From NCBI GenBank assembly GCA_963676795.2, contig CAXXTB010000001.1, forward strand, positions 832,001-896,000: a stretch of 64,000 bases of DNA. The letters are read 5' to 3'. This document shows, piece after piece, positions 31,613 through 42,166 of the stretch. This DNA comes from Geopsychrobacteraceae bacterium. GTDB taxonomy: Bacteria > Desulfobacterota > Desulfuromonadia > Desulfuromonadales > Geopsychrobacteraceae. How positions within the stretch are numbered: the first letter of the stretch is position 1; the number at the start of each line of letters is the position of its first letter. Under the pieces are notes generated by a model. That model saw only the letters and a program-made list of their open reading frames with translations. It was not told where the DNA came from and made no database searches. The position numbers were made by a program, and so were the translations under genes.

Positions 31613-33019
31613 CTAAAGCTCGAAACTCTGTCCCGGTTCCGGGATCGCGATATTTTTCAGTTTGAACTCTTCACGCAGGCCTTGGGCAAGACTGGCTGCC
31701 GCGTCTTCTTCGCCGTGAACGATGAAGGTCTGCTGCGGCTTGTTCTGCATCGCTGCGACAAAGCCAAGCAGCCCCTCGCGATCGGCGTGGCCGGAAAATC
31801 CGGTCAGGACCTCGACGCGGGCTTTCAGTTTGAATTCCTCACCGAAGATTTTCACGCTCTCCTCCTTGTCGACCAGCTTACGCCCCAGGGTGTTGGGCGC
31901 CTGCCAGCCGGAAATCAGGATGGTATTGCGTGGGTCCTCGATCCGGTTGCGCAGATGATGGAGGATGCGTCCCCCTTCGAGCATACCGCTGGAGCTGATG
32001 ATGACCGCGGGTACCTTGAGGGCGTTGAGCGCTTTTGATTCCTCGACTGTCTGGGTGTATTTGAGCCGGCCGAAGCCGAACGGGTTGTTGTCGTCGTCGG
32101 TGAGCAGGAATTCGCGAATCTCCGCATCGTAGGTCTCCGGGTGGAGACGGAAGATGTCCGTGGTCCGGGTCGCCAGCGGGCTGTCGACAAAGACCGGCAG
32201 GTCGGGGATACGCCCTTCGCTGTGCAGCCTGTGCAGGGCATAGACCAGTTGCTGGGTGCGGCCGACGGCAAAGGCCGGGATCAGTACCGTACCACCGTGG
32301 CTAACCGTATTGTTGATGATCTCCTCCAGGGCTTTTTCCGCCTCCGGGTAGGGTTCGTGATGGCGACTGCCGTAGGTGCTTTCGATCAGCAGAATATCGC
32401 AGCCGTCAACGATCGGTTGCGGGTCGCGGATGATCGGGATGCCGGGGCGGCCGATGTCGCCACTGAAAACCAGGCGCTTGCTCTGGCCATTGTCCTCTTC
32501 GATATCAAGAATCACATGAGCGCTGCCGAGCATGTGTCCGGCGTCGACCAGGGTCAGGTGGATCCCCGGAAACAGCTGGTGCCGGCGGCCATAGCTGAGG
32601 CCGACAAAGTTTTCCATGCTCCGGGCGACATCGGCTTTGGTATAGAGAGGTTCAAACAGATTTTTACCCTGGTCCTTGCGTCTTCGATTGACGAATTCGA
32701 CATCCTTTTCCTGGATGAAGGCACTGTCCATGAGCATCACGGCACAGAGATCCCGGGTCGCCGAGGTGGTGTAGATATTTCCTTTGAAGCCGTTCTTGAC
32801 CAGACAGGGGATGCGTCCCGAGTGGTCGATGTGAGCATGCGAGAGGATCAGGGCATCGATTTCGCTGCCGTCGCAGAATTCATGGCGGTTGCGCTCAAAG
32901 GATTCTTTGCGCTTGCCCTGAAACAGGCCGCAGTCGAGCATGATCTTCCTGCCGTTGACTTCGATCAGATGCTGGGAGCCGGTGACGGTTTGTGCGGCAC
33001 CGTGGAAGGTAAGCTTCAT
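31613..33019 (-). CDS. Metallo-beta-lactamase / beta-CASP RNA-processing hydrolase
   Basis: SHAHIDHSG, AGHMLGSA, ESTYG, PAFAVGRTQ, FSGHAD, VHGE. Confidence 0.92.
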   Translation of the reverse strand: MKLTFHGAAQTVTGSQHLIEVNGRKIMLDCGLFQGKRKESFERNRHEFCDGSEIDALILSHAHIDHSGRIPCLVKNGFKGNIYTTSATRDLCAVMLMDSAFIQEKDVEFVNRRRKDQGKNLFEPLYTKADVARSMENFVGLSYGRRHQLFPGIHLTLVDAGHMLGSAHVILDIEEDNGQSKRLVFSGDIGRPGIPIIRDPQPIVDGCDILLIESTYGSRHHEPYPEAEKALEEIINNTVSHGGTVLIPAFAVGRTQQLVYALHRLHSEGRIPDLPVFVDSPLATRTTDIFRLHPETYDAEIREFLLTDDDNNPFGFGRLKYTQTVEESKALNALKVPAVIISSSGMLEGGRILHHLRNRIEDPRNTILISGWQAPNTLGRKLVDKEESVKIFGEEFKLKARVEVLTGFSGHADREGLLGFVAAMQNKPQQTFIVHGEEDAAASLAQGLREEFKLKNIAIPEPGQSFEL

Positions 33020-33062
33020 GATGTGTCCTCCTGATCAGAGCATTGTAAAGAGATTTGACAGC

Positions 33063-34136
33063 TTATGGCGCCATTTCGGCCAGGCGTTCGATAATCGGCA
33101 GGTGCTGGGTGCAGCGCTCTTCGCAGGCTCCGCAGCGGATGCAGTCGGCCGCCTGTTCGGCCTTGATCCCCCAGTGCATGCGGAAGCGGTTGAGGATCGC
33201 CTCCTGGTCGCCGCTCAGCAGCTTCTGGTTGTAGCTGTCGAGGAACTTCGGAATCGGAATTCCGGCCGGGCAGGGGAGACAATAGCCGCAGCCGGTACAG
33301 AGCCCGGCAAAAGCGTCCTTGATGTGACCTTTAAGCGCGGCCTGCTGTTCCTCCGTGTAGGGGACAAAGCTGCCAGCCGCGGCAACGGCGGCATCGATCT
33401 CTTCCTTGCAGGCGATGCCGACCAGGGCCGTGCTGATCGCTGGCTGCGACAGGTTGAAATGCAGTGCCCCGCTGACCACGTCGCTGGCCGCTCCACTCTT
33501 GAGAAAAGAGAAGCGCTCCGGGTTGCGCGGAATCAGGCCGCCACTCAAGGGGTTCATGGTGACGACGGCCAGCTTGCGCTTGCCCGCTTCATCGACGGCC
33601 GTCTGGCGGTAAGGGAAGTTGAGGGCATTGTAGCCGAGCAGCACCCCTTCGAAGATTCCTTCGTTGAGAACCCTGGCGATGGCGTCCCCTTCCATGTGGG
33701 ATGAGCAGAACAGCTGCTTGACCAGTCCTTCTTCCCTGGCTTGCAGCGCTGCTTCAACGGCGCCACCTGCTTTGCGCTTCTCCCAGTCCTCGGGGTTCAT
33801 CAGGTGCCAGACATAGAAGATGTCGAGTTGATCGACCTTGAGGCGGGTCAGGCTGCGCTCCAGGCTTTTGCGGAAATCGTCAGCCGTATGGCGGCTGCAT
33901 TTACTCGACAGGATGTAACTGTCACGCGGCAACTGACTCAAGGCGTGGCCGAAGATATCTTCACTGCGGTCGCCGCAGTAGACCGGGGCGGTATCGAAGT
34001 AATTGATGCCCCGGCTGTGGGCATAGAGCAGCAGGTCGGCGCTTTTTTCCAGATTTTCGGCTTCAGCGAAACGCATGCCGCCGAAACTGACGGCGGAAAC
34101 CTGTTGGCCTGTCTGGCCAAAGGGGCGGTAGAGCAT
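33063..34136 (-). CDS. Aldo/keto reductase with a C-terminal 4Fe-4S domain
   Basis: GINYFDTAPVY, CTGCGYCLPCP, CIRCGACEERC. Confidence 0.9.
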   Translation of the reverse strand: MLYRPFGQTGQQVSAVSFGGMRFAEAENLEKSADLLLYAHSRGINYFDTAPVYCGDRSEDIFGHALSQLPRDSYILSSKCSRHTADDFRKSLERSLTRLKVDQLDIFYVWHLMNPEDWEKRKAGGAVEAALQAREEGLVKQLFCSSHMEGDAIARVLNEGIFEGVLLGYNALNFPYRQTAVDEAGKRKLAVVTMNPLSGGLIPRNPERFSFLKSGAASDVVSGALHFNLSQPAISTALVGIACKEEIDAAVAAAGSFVPYTEEQQAALKGHIKDAFAGLCTGCGYCLPCPAGIPIPKFLDSYNQKLLSGDQEAILNRFRMHWGIKAEQAADCIRCGACEERCTQHLPIIERLAEMAP

Positions 34137-34158
34137 AAAATCTCCTTTGCGAAAAAAA

Positions 34159-35211
34159 TCAGGAGTCGCTTTCTGATGGCGTCGGAACGTCGGAGCTGAG
34201 CAGAATGGCCAGCCAGCGGGTCGATTCGTTCACTTCCAGGGCGATCTTGACGATCATGGTCAGCGGTACCGACAGGAGCATGCCGACCGGACCTAAGACC
34301 CAGCCCCAAAAAACCAGGGAGGCGAAGACGACCAGTGGCGAAAGTCCGAGCTTCTGCCCCATCAGGCGCGGCTCAACGATGTTGCCCATGATGACGTTGA
34401 TCAGGACGTAGAGCAGCGCAACTATCAGGGCCTGAAAGGGGCCGAGCTGGACGATGGCGAGCAGGACCGCCGGAACTGCGGCAATAATCGAGCCGATATT
34501 GGGGACATAGTTGAGCAGAAAGGCGATCATCCCCCAGAGCAGTGCGTAATCAAGGCCGATGACCAGCAGTCCCAGCGCGACGAAGATTCCGGTGCCGGCG
34601 CTGACCAGGGTTTTGATCGCCAGATACTGCTTGACGCTGTTGTTAAAGCGCTCAAAGGACGCCAGTGACGAGTCGGCATCGCTTAAGGCGGCGCGCAGCT
34701 TGTTCGGCATGCCGGACGCTTCAAGCAGGATAAAGACGACGGTCAGCAGGATCAGGAAGGAGTTGGTCAGCACCCCACCGGCCGTTGCCAGCATGCTCGC
34801 GGCCGACTGCATGATCGCACTCGGGTCGAAATGTTCGAGGATGACCTGTCTGGAGATCTTGATGCCGAGCCTGTCGAGCCAGGTGAACAGGCCGAGGGTC
34901 TGTTGCTGCAGCTTCTGCTGGTAAACTGGGATATCGTTGGAGAAATTGTTGACCGAGCTGCCGACCAGGGTCAGGACCAGCAGTCCTCCGGCCATGACAG
35001 CAACAATGACGACCAGCAGCGCCAGCGGAGATGGAACCTTGTGGCGCTTGAGCCAGTTGAACGGGCCGATACAGACGATGGAGATGAAAAAGGCCAGCAG
35101 GAAGGGGACCAGCAACGCCTGAGCTGTTTTGACCCCGGCAATGACGATGACCAGGGCTGCCAGGGTCAGCAGCAGGGCAGGACAACTTTTGTTGGACATT
35201 GGTGTCGACAT
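34159..35211 (-). CDS. AI-2E family transporter
   Basis: LNYVPNIGS, EPRLMG, WGWVLGPVGMLLSVPLT. Confidence 0.9.
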   Translation of the reverse strand: MSTPMSNKSCPALLLTLAALVIVIAGVKTAQALLVPFLLAFFISIVCIGPFNWLKRHKVPSPLALLVVIVAVMAGGLLVLTLVGSSVNNFSNDIPVYQQKLQQQTLGLFTWLDRLGIKISRQVILEHFDPSAIMQSAASMLATAGGVLTNSFLILLTVVFILLEASGMPNKLRAALSDADSSLASFERFNNSVKQYLAIKTLVSAGTGIFVALGLLVIGLDYALLWGMIAFLLNYVPNIGSIIAAVPAVLLAIVQLGPFQALIVALLYVLINVIMGNIVEPRLMGQKLGLSPLVVFASLVFWGWVLGPVGMLLSVPLTMIVKIALEVNESTRWLAILLSSDVPTPSESDS

Positions 35212-35353
35212 AGAGCTCTCTAAACAGGGCTTTGGGGGCTGGACTCCAACAATAAAACGTCAAGCTTTGTAAATTGTCAATATTTTCAAGCCTGAATCGG
35301 TGGAAGGAGGGGCGGATTCCCGCGAGGAAATCCGCCGTATTAAGCGAACGCTA

Positions 35354-35788
35354 TTATTTCAGGCGGCAGCGCAGCATCTTGATGCCGTCTTCGAACTGAA
35401 TATCCATCTTGTTGGGCGCGATGGTGTTGACCACCTGGCCAAGGCCGAAGGTCGGGTGCTGAATGAAGTCGCCGGTTCTGAAAACGGTCTGCATGCTGTA
35501 CGGTTTGACGTCGCTGTTGGCCGCGGCATGGAGCAGTTCCTGCCAGTTCTCTTCAGCTCTTGTTTGTCTGACACTTTTGCTGGAGCTGGTTCTGGCACCA
35601 GTGCTGGTGCGTGACGTTGTTGTTTTTTCGGCCGGACTGCGATGGTTGTGGACACTGTTGCAGATGTTGCATTGAACGCGGACGACTTTGCCTTCAACCA
35701 TGGCGACGATAGTGTGGTTGGTCGTGTCCTTGCATTTGCTGCAGCGCGAGGCAATGTAATCACCGGCGGACAGTTGTTTTGCAGACAT
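35354..35788 (-). CDS. Hypothetical protein: Zn-ribbon plus Tudor-like C-terminus
   Basis: CSKC..H / CNIC..H and GDFIQHPTFGLGQV. Confidence 0.65.
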   Translation of the reverse strand: MSAKQLSAGDYIASRCSKCKDTTNHTIVAMVEGKVVRVQCNICNSVHNHRSPAEKTTTSRTSTGARTSSSKSVRQTRAEENWQELLHAAANSDVKPYSMQTVFRTGDFIQHPTFGLGQVVNTIAPNKMDIQFEDGIKMLRCRLK

Positions 35789-35877
35789 AGGATCTCCTTT
35801 CGACTGTGTGACCTTGCGAGGAGACAGCTTATGTGGGTCTTCATCAGCAAGTGGAACAAAAAAACGGAAGAGGAAAT

Positions 35878-36297
35878 CTAGTCCAGATTGAACTTCAGTG
35901 CAACAGAATTGATGCAGTAGCGCAATCCGGTCGGTTTCGGTCCGTCCGGGAAAACATGTCCCAGATGGGCCTCACAGCGGGCGCAGAGGACTTCGGTCCG
36001 GGGTGGAAAACGTTTATAGTCGGCCTGGTGAATGACCCGTTCAGCGGCAATCGGGCTGAAGTAGCTTGGCCAGCCACTGCCGGAATCGTATTTTGCTGCG
36101 GAGCTGAAGAGTTCAAGGCCACAGCAGCGGCAGCTGTAGCTCCCGGTTTCTGTATGCTTGTCGTACTGGCCGCTGAAGGGAGCTTCAGTCCCCGCTTCGC
36201 GGGTGACATGGTAGACTTCGGGCTCCAGTTCCTGCCGCCATTCGTCCAGGGTTTTTGAGATTTTTTCGCTCAAGCTCTCTTCTCCGAATAAGTGCAT
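35878..36297 (-). CDS. msrB: Peptide methionine sulfoxide reductase B
   Basis: [33 protein letters not shown]. Confidence 0.95.
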   Translation of the reverse strand: MHLFGEESLSEKISKTLDEWRQELEPEVYHVTREAGTEAPFSGQYDKHTETGSYSCRCCGLELFSSAAKYDSGSGWPSYFSPIAAERVIHQADYKRFPPRTEVLCARCEAHLGHVFPDGPKPTGLRYCINSVALKFNLD

Positions 36298-36380
36298 AAA
36301 AAAATCATGATAGCACTGTTCCGGTCGCGCTGAACAGCCCTGCTTCTCATTGACCGCTTCGCAGGGGCTGGCGTCTTTGA

Positions 36381-37610
36381 TTAAAGCTTATAGATGTCCT
36401 GGGCCCATTTGACCGCTTCAAGATAGATCGACGCCAGGGAACTTTCCTCGATCTGCAGTTCACTGGCGAGGCGGGAAACCTCCTGCCACTCCCCTTTTTC
36501 CAGGGCGATGACCAGGGTCAGGACCTGCAGCAGGGGGCCTGGGGTGCCGGTCAGGGCTTCGAGGATATCGTCCTCTACGGTGATTTCCGCAAGAATCTCT
36601 TCGATTGGACGGGACATGATGACATCGAGCAGTGAAAACAGTCCCATCAGGAACATGTCCGCTTTGCGGTCGCCCATTCTGGCCGGGAGCGCGAGGTGCT
36701 CACAGAGCCTGGCCCGGATCAGCGAGCTGACAACCAGTTCGGCCGGTTTGTCGTCGGCCATGGAGGAGATCGACAGCAGCGAAACCCAGGAGCGGATTTC
36801 GCGCAGACCGAGCAGGGAAAGGGCCTGAAGGATCGAGGTGACCTTGTTTCTCAGGGCGAAGGCCGCCGAGTTGATCAGTTTGAGCAGTTTGTAGGAAAGA
36901 GAGACTTCACTCTGGATGGTCTGTGCCAGTTTTTTGAAATCGACTTCCTGAGCGTGAACCTCTTTGAGGATACGCAGAAACTGAACCTTGTTGGTCGGGA
37001 TGTCCTTGCGGGAAATAATCACCGGCTTGGCGAAGAAATAGCCCTGGAAATACTGATAGCCCATCTTCCTGGCTTGTTCGTAGACCTCGTGGGTTTCGAC
37101 TTTTTCGGCGAGCATCTTGATCCCGCGCGGGATCATCATGCGGGCCAGGCGTTCCTGTTCCTCGACATCGCTGAGCAGGAAGTCGACCTTGATGATATCG
37201 GCCAGTTCAAGCAGCGGTTCATAATTCTGGTGGTAAACGAAGTCATCCAGAGCCAGGGTATAGCCCTTGTTTTTCAACCTGCGGCAGGCGGCAATCAGTT
37301 CCTCGTCCGGTTCGACATCTTCAAGAACCTCGACAACGGCCTGCTGGCGGGGCAGGGTCGTGATCAGATCTTCCAGCAGGACCCTGCGGGTACAGTTGAC
37401 GAAAGCCTTGGTGCTGCCGGTCATCTCGGAGAGGTCAAACAGCAGATTACTGTTGGCGATGACACTGGCCGCCGCATGATCCTGATCGTCACAGTCAAAG
37501 TAGTTATGCAGCCCGGAGCGGAACAGCAGCTCGTAGGCGTAAACCCTGCCTTTGGTGTCGAAAATCGGCTGTCTGGCTATGAAGTGTTCCAAAGCAAATC
37601 TTCCGCGCAT
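36381..37610 (-). CDS. EAL-like/HDOD domain protein
   Basis: [41 protein letters not shown]. Confidence 0.88.
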   Translation of the reverse strand: MRGRFALEHFIARQPIFDTKGRVYAYELLFRSGLHNYFDCDDQDHAAASVIANSNLLFDLSEMTGSTKAFVNCTRRVLLEDLITTLPRQQAVVEVLEDVEPDEELIAACRRLKNKGYTLALDDFVYHQNYEPLLELADIIKVDFLLSDVEEQERLARMMIPRGIKMLAEKVETHEVYEQARKMGYQYFQGYFFAKPVIISRKDIPTNKVQFLRILKEVHAQEVDFKKLAQTIQSEVSLSYKLLKLINSAAFALRNKVTSILQALSLLGLREIRSWVSLLSISSMADDKPAELVVSSLIRARLCEHLALPARMGDRKADMFLMGLFSLLDVIMSRPIEEILAEITVEDDILEALTGTPGPLLQVLTLVIALEKGEWQEVSRLASELQIEESSLASIYLEAVKWAQDIYKL

Positions 37611-37803
37611 GAGGATTGGTGATTGAACTTTGCTATATAACCAGAATAAGAAAAAATTAACAAGGCGTTTTTAATGGCGGCTCTCTGTAGTTATTGACCT
37701 GAATATTGCGATGCGCTACTCTCTAAAACATATTTTCACTGAAAGAATAGCGCGTTTTCAGACAGTAATTTTACTGAAATTCTGCATAAGGGGAAGTGTG
37801 GTT

Positions 37804-38121
37804 ATGAAAAAAATTTGTCTGCTGCTGGTTTTGTTGACATTCACGATTGTTGCTGTTGCTGTTGCTGTCCCACCGGGTAAAACCCTGACCTTTGACAAGA
37901 GCGCCATGGGGCCGGTTGAATTTTCGGGAACCATTCACAAGGAAGCCGGCGTTGTCTGTAAGGAATGTCATAACCCGGAGACTTTCCCGAAGATGAAGCA
38001 GGGAACGGTCGAAATCACCATGGCAAAGATCTATGACGGGCAACTCTGCGGCAAGTGTCACAATGGCGACCGCGCTTTTGAAGCCAAGAAGAGCTGCACC
38101 AGGTGTCACGTCAAGAAATAG
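37804..38121 (+). CDS. Periplasmic triheme c7-type cytochrome c
   Basis: Signal peptide; CKECH, CGKCH, CTRCH; ITM motif. Confidence 0.88.
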   Translation: MKKICLLLVLLTFTIVAVAVAVPPGKTLTFDKSAMGPVEFSGTIHKEAGVVCKECHNPETFPKMKQGTVEITMAKIYDGQLCGKCHNGDRAFEAKKSCTRCHVKK

Positions 38122-38144
38122 ATTCATTTTTCAGTAGAGTGATC

Positions 38145-38173
38145 AAAAAAGCCCGCGGAATGCGGGTTTTTTT
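38145..38173. terminator. Bidirectional terminator between the cytochrome gene and the CRISPR trailer
   Basis: AAAAAAGCCCGC-GGAAT-GCGGGTTTTTTT. Confidence 0.8.
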
Positions 38174-38215
38174 GTGACTTTATTGATTTAAGGTACACTG
38201 GTCAGATGGTGATGC

Positions 38216-40042
38216 GTTTCAATCCACGCCCCCGCATGGGGGGCGACCCGCAGCAAAAGCCCCTGTAAAAACCACAATGGGGTTTCAATCCACGCCCCCG
38301 CATGGGGGGCGACCTCTTCCCAGACCTTGGAGGCCCCTCGATAAGCTGTTTCAATCCACGCCCCCGCATGGGGGGCGACTCTACGTCACCACCTGCACCA
38401 CCCAGACCCTGACTGTTTCAATCCACGCCCCCGCATGGGGGGCGACTCTACGTCACCACCTGCACCACCCAGACCCTGACTGTTTCAATCCACGCCCCCG
38501 CATGGGGGGCGACGCTGCCGTTTACGATGATCCTGAAACTCTTGAAGATGTTTCAATCCACGCCCCCGCATGGGGGGCGACCTGTTGGTGCTTCTGGTGC
38601 AGATTATGGTGCGATGTTTCAATCCACGCCCCCGCATGGGGGGCGACGTCCTGCGCGTCTGGCGGACCAGCTACCGCAAACTGTTTCAATCCACGCCCCC
38701 GCATGGGGGGCGACTTTTCTCTGGTCAGACAGTTGGCGCAAAGGTTCTGGTTTCAATCCACGCCCCCGCATGGGGGGCGACCAGCAGCCCGGGCGGGCTG
38801 GTCAGCGAAGGGCTTGTTTCAATCCACGCCCCCGCATGGGGGGCGACTACTGTTGATTATAAAACTGTTTTGATAGCTGAAGTTTCAATCCACGCCCCCG
38901 CATGGGGGGCGACTGATTATTTCTGAACAAGAATTCTTAAAATTATTAGTTTCAATCCACGCCCCCGCATGGGGGGCGACCGCGGCGGGCGTCAGATTCT
39001 GTGGGCATCAGTCAGTTTCAATCCACGCCCCCGCATGGGGGGCGACTCTGAATAACGTTGAAGTGGGCAGCAATAACAAGTTTCAATCCACGCCCCCGCA
39101 TGGGGGGCGACGTGATTTCAGGGCGCAGTACCTGGAGTGGGCAGAGTTTCAATCCACGCCCCCGCATGGGGGGCGACCTACCGCGTGATTTTTCGCTTCA
39201 GCGCGGTCCTTGTTTCAATCCACGCCCCCGCATGGGGGGCGACAATATTCCGGAGCTTGTCCGCTACCTGTCTGACGTTTCAATCCACGCCCCCGCATGG
39301 GGGGCGACAAGAGCTCGGCGAACTGATCGAGCGGAGCCAGGTTGTTTCAATCCACGCCCCCGCATGGGGGGCGACAAGAGCTCGGCGAACTGATCGAGCG
39401 GAGCCAGGTTGTTTCAATCCACGCCCCCGCATGGGGGGCGACGGCATGCCCCGGCGGTTTCCCTCCTTACCGCCGGGGTTTCAATCCACGCCCCCGCATG
39501 GGGGGCGACAAATACTCATAATGCTCTGGTGTCAGTAGATCGATGTTTCAATCCACGCCCCCGCATGGGGGGCGACAGTCTGGAAAATTTCTTTATCCTC
39601 AAGTTGTAAGGTTTCAATCCACGCCCCCGCATGGGGGGCGACCTCCCTTGGCTTTGCTGAAATGCTTGCAGTCAGGAGTTTCAATCCACGCCCCCGCATG
39701 GGGGGCGACCGGCTTTCATCACCTTTGTCAACTGACGTGGATGGTTTCAATCCACGCCCCCGCATGGGGGGCGACGTGCCGACGGTCTGACCCCTCTTGA
39801 GCCGTCTGGCGTTTCAATCCACGCCCCCGCATGGGGGGCGACCTGGCGCTTCTGAGCAGAGTCCACGAAAATACTCGTTTCAATCCACGCCCCCGCATGG
39901 GGGGCGACGCGTGATCGGTCACGAAGAGTAGGCAAGTCAAAGACGTTTCAATCCACGCCCCCGCATGGGGGGCGACCACCATATGCGTCTGCTTTTTCTT
40001 TCATTGACTTGTTTCAATCCACGCCCCCGCATGGGGGGCGAC
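38216..40042 (-). CRISPR. Type I-C CRISPR array: 28 repeats (32 bp) and 27 spacers (33-36 bp)
   Basis: Repeat GTCGCCCCCCATGCGGGGGCGTGGATTGAAAC on the minus strand; leader lies on the cas2 side. Confidence 0.99.
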
Positions 40043-40217
40043 TGCATGCTGATAACAGCATGATTCTACATTGTTTTTCTTTATATTTATGCGTAGCTTC
40101 GATTTTCGTCTATCAAAAGCAGGTTCAATCTTTCCATTTAATCCATTTTCTATTTATTTTTCAAAGGACTGACAGCCGCGCGAGCCTCCCGGGAAATTCA
40201 TGACTGCTGGGGGTTCG
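40043..40217 (-). promoter_or_regulatory. CRISPR leader
   Basis: AT-rich segment between the cas2 stop and the first repeat, with a GCGAACC/GGTTCGC-like motif near cas2. Confidence 0.8.
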
Positions 40218-40508
40218 CTAAAGAATCAATGGCCCCTCCATATCTATAGCTTCCTTGGCTCCGACGTGTTCAACCCGGCTGCGCCAGTTCGCTCCGAGAA
40301 AATAGAATCGCAAACTATCCTGTTTCTCATCGATAATTTCGACCAGCTGCTGACGCATCGCAGTCCACTGCGCCGGATCAACCAGACATTCAAAAACAGA
40401 GAACTGCACCCGCTGGCCGTGATTCTGACAAACTTTGGCAACCCTGCGCAAACGTCTGGCACCGGCGCGATCAACAGTCGCTACATCATAGCTGACCAGA
40501 ACCATCAT
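40218..40508 (-). CDS. cas2: CRISPR-associated endonuclease Cas2
   Basis: VLVSYDV, GQRVQFSVFEC, DSLRFYFLG. Confidence 0.96.
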   Translation of the reverse strand: MMVLVSYDVATVDRAGARRLRRVAKVCQNHGQRVQFSVFECLVDPAQWTAMRQQLVEIIDEKQDSLRFYFLGANWRSRVEHVGAKEAIDMEGPLIL

Positions 40509-40511
40509 GAC

Positions 40512-41543
40512 TCACCTCCACAGAAAGGGGGGATAGATGTCAAGATCACCACGCAGATGACGACTAAGCAACAGTGCCTGGGCAAAAGGCAGCATGCCGA
40601 CCGGGATCTTTTCTTGCAAAAACGGATGTTCTATTTCTTCCTGCTTACGTTTTTGATAGGCGACCAGCAAGGTTTTACGCGTTTCATCATCCATCTTGAC
40701 CGCACCCGACTCCGTTACGGTGAAGCCTTTTTTCTTCACCTGTCCCAGATTGATCAAGGACAGCACCAGGCGATCAGCCAGCATCGGCCGGAATTCTTCC
40801 ATCAGATCGAGAGCCAACCCGCAGCGTCCTGGCCGGTCACGATGCAGATAGCCGACCGCCGGATCGAGTCCGACCGATTCCAGAGCACTGCGCGCATCAT
40901 GGTAGAGTAGAGCATAGGCGAAGGACAGCAATGCATTAACCGGGTCGAGCGGCGGCCGCCGGTTACGCCCCGAAAACACAAAGTCTTTCTTCTGTGCGAC
41001 GATCAGGTGATTAAACTGATCGAAGTAATCTCTGGCTATCCGTCCTTCTACCCCGCGCACGGAATCGAGATTATCCTCCTCCAATAGTCGCTCGGCATAA
41101 CGGGCAAATTGTTTGCAGGTCAGATTCAGCGAACCTGTTTCATTTTTATCGCCATGATCCCGCGTCAGGCGGCCTAGACTAGTTCTGGCGTTGCTCACCT
41201 TGCCGACAACAAACATCCTTGCCAGTTGCGCCGAGGCCTGTAGACAATCGGCACGTCGGTACTGCTCACGACGCAGCAGCACATTACCGCTGACCGGTCC
41301 CTGAACCCGCGCCAGAAAACGACCGTACTGGGTCAGAAAACTGACTGAGACATCATGCTCGGCGCAGTGGCCGAGTAAAAATGGGCTGCACAGCACGTTG
41401 CCGAAACAAACGATCGAACTCAAGGTGATGATCGGCAACCTCAGGCGGGTTTCGTGATCGACCTTGACAACAACCGTCTCCCCCTCTTTGTGCAGGTAGG
41501 CTCCCTGGGTTGTCACGTAGAGTGTGTTCAGCATTTTTCGCAT
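40512..41543 (-). CDS. cas1: CRISPR-associated integrase Cas1 (type I-C)
   Basis: LNTLYVTTQG, GNVLLRREQYR, RRPPLDPVNALLSF, LALDLMEEFR, YPPFLWR. Confidence 0.98.
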   Translation of the reverse strand: MRKMLNTLYVTTQGAYLHKEGETVVVKVDHETRLRLPIITLSSIVCFGNVLCSPFLLGHCAEHDVSVSFLTQYGRFLARVQGPVSGNVLLRREQYRRADCLQASAQLARMFVVGKVSNARTSLGRLTRDHGDKNETGSLNLTCKQFARYAERLLEEDNLDSVRGVEGRIARDYFDQFNHLIVAQKKDFVFSGRNRRPPLDPVNALLSFAYALLYHDARSALESVGLDPAVGYLHRDRPGRCGLALDLMEEFRPMLADRLVLSLINLGQVKKKGFTVTESGAVKMDDETRKTLLVAYQKRKQEEIEHPFLQEKIPVGMLPFAQALLLSRHLRGDLDIYPPFLWR

Positions 41544-42166
41544 AAATCCCCCTCAAGCACAGAACGCACATAACGGCTGGCTGCAGATTGAGTCCGGCAG
41601 CTCTTCGGCAGGCAGATTGAAAGCAATGAGCACTGGTCACATTTGGCCGAATATTCCGCAGTGGGAGTCTTACCGCTCTCCAGCAGCGTATGAACCTTTT
41701 GACAGATCGCTTCGGTTAGCTCGCGCAGTTCGGCATCGAAAGCAATCTCCTTGCGCCGCTGTTTCTGGCCGTAGAACAGAGCGCCTGCCGCAATGTTGAC
41801 ATTCAGCATCTCTTCCAGGCAGAGCGCTTGGGCGCAGAGCTGCACCTCGTCACAACGGTCGGACTTGGGGCGACCGCGTTTGTATTCGACGGGGAAGACT
41901 TGGCCGTTATCGTGAAATTCGACAACATCGGCCTGCCCACTTAAGCCTAACCTTGAAGAACAGAGTGGCAAAGAACGGACAATGCGCACATCTCCACGCC
42001 GTTCAGCCCTGCCGCTGTCAGCCCGTTCGTGCAGCACCTTGCCTTCTGCCGTGTAGCGGTTTTCCGCCCACTGCTGTTCCAGATGGATCAGGGCGCACTG
42101 GCGAGGGCAGTATAGGTAATGCTGCAACGCCGAGAGCATGATGTAGTCATCTTCCTGATAACTCAT
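41528..42166 (-). CDS. cas4: CRISPR-associated exonuclease Cas4
   Basis: SALQHYLYCPRQ, PVEYKRG, QLCAQALCLEEM, CDQCSL..IC. Confidence 0.96.
   Translation of the reverse strand: MSYQEDDYIMLSALQHYLYCPRQCALIHLEQQWAENRYTAEGKVLHERADSGRAERRGDVRIVRSLPLCSSRLGLSGQADVVEFHDNGQVFPVEYKRGRPKSDRCDEVQLCAQALCLEEMLNVNIAAGALFYGQKQRRKEIAFDAELRELTEAICQKVHTLLESGKTPTAEYSAKCDQCSLLSICLPKSCRTQSAASRYVRSVLEGDLCEKC

Noticed and set aside
38147..38215. Possible 29th degenerate repeat ending in GTGAC
   Set aside because: Only 4 of 5 terminal bases match, and the sequence is explained by the terminator
38248..40010. Self-targeting array spacers
   Set aside because: No match to the rest of the window noticed by eye; an exhaustive alignment was not possible
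38277..40203. ORFs across the CRISPR array (FQSTPPHGGR, VSIHAPAWGAT repeats)
   Set aside because: Translations of the repeat-spacer units, not genes
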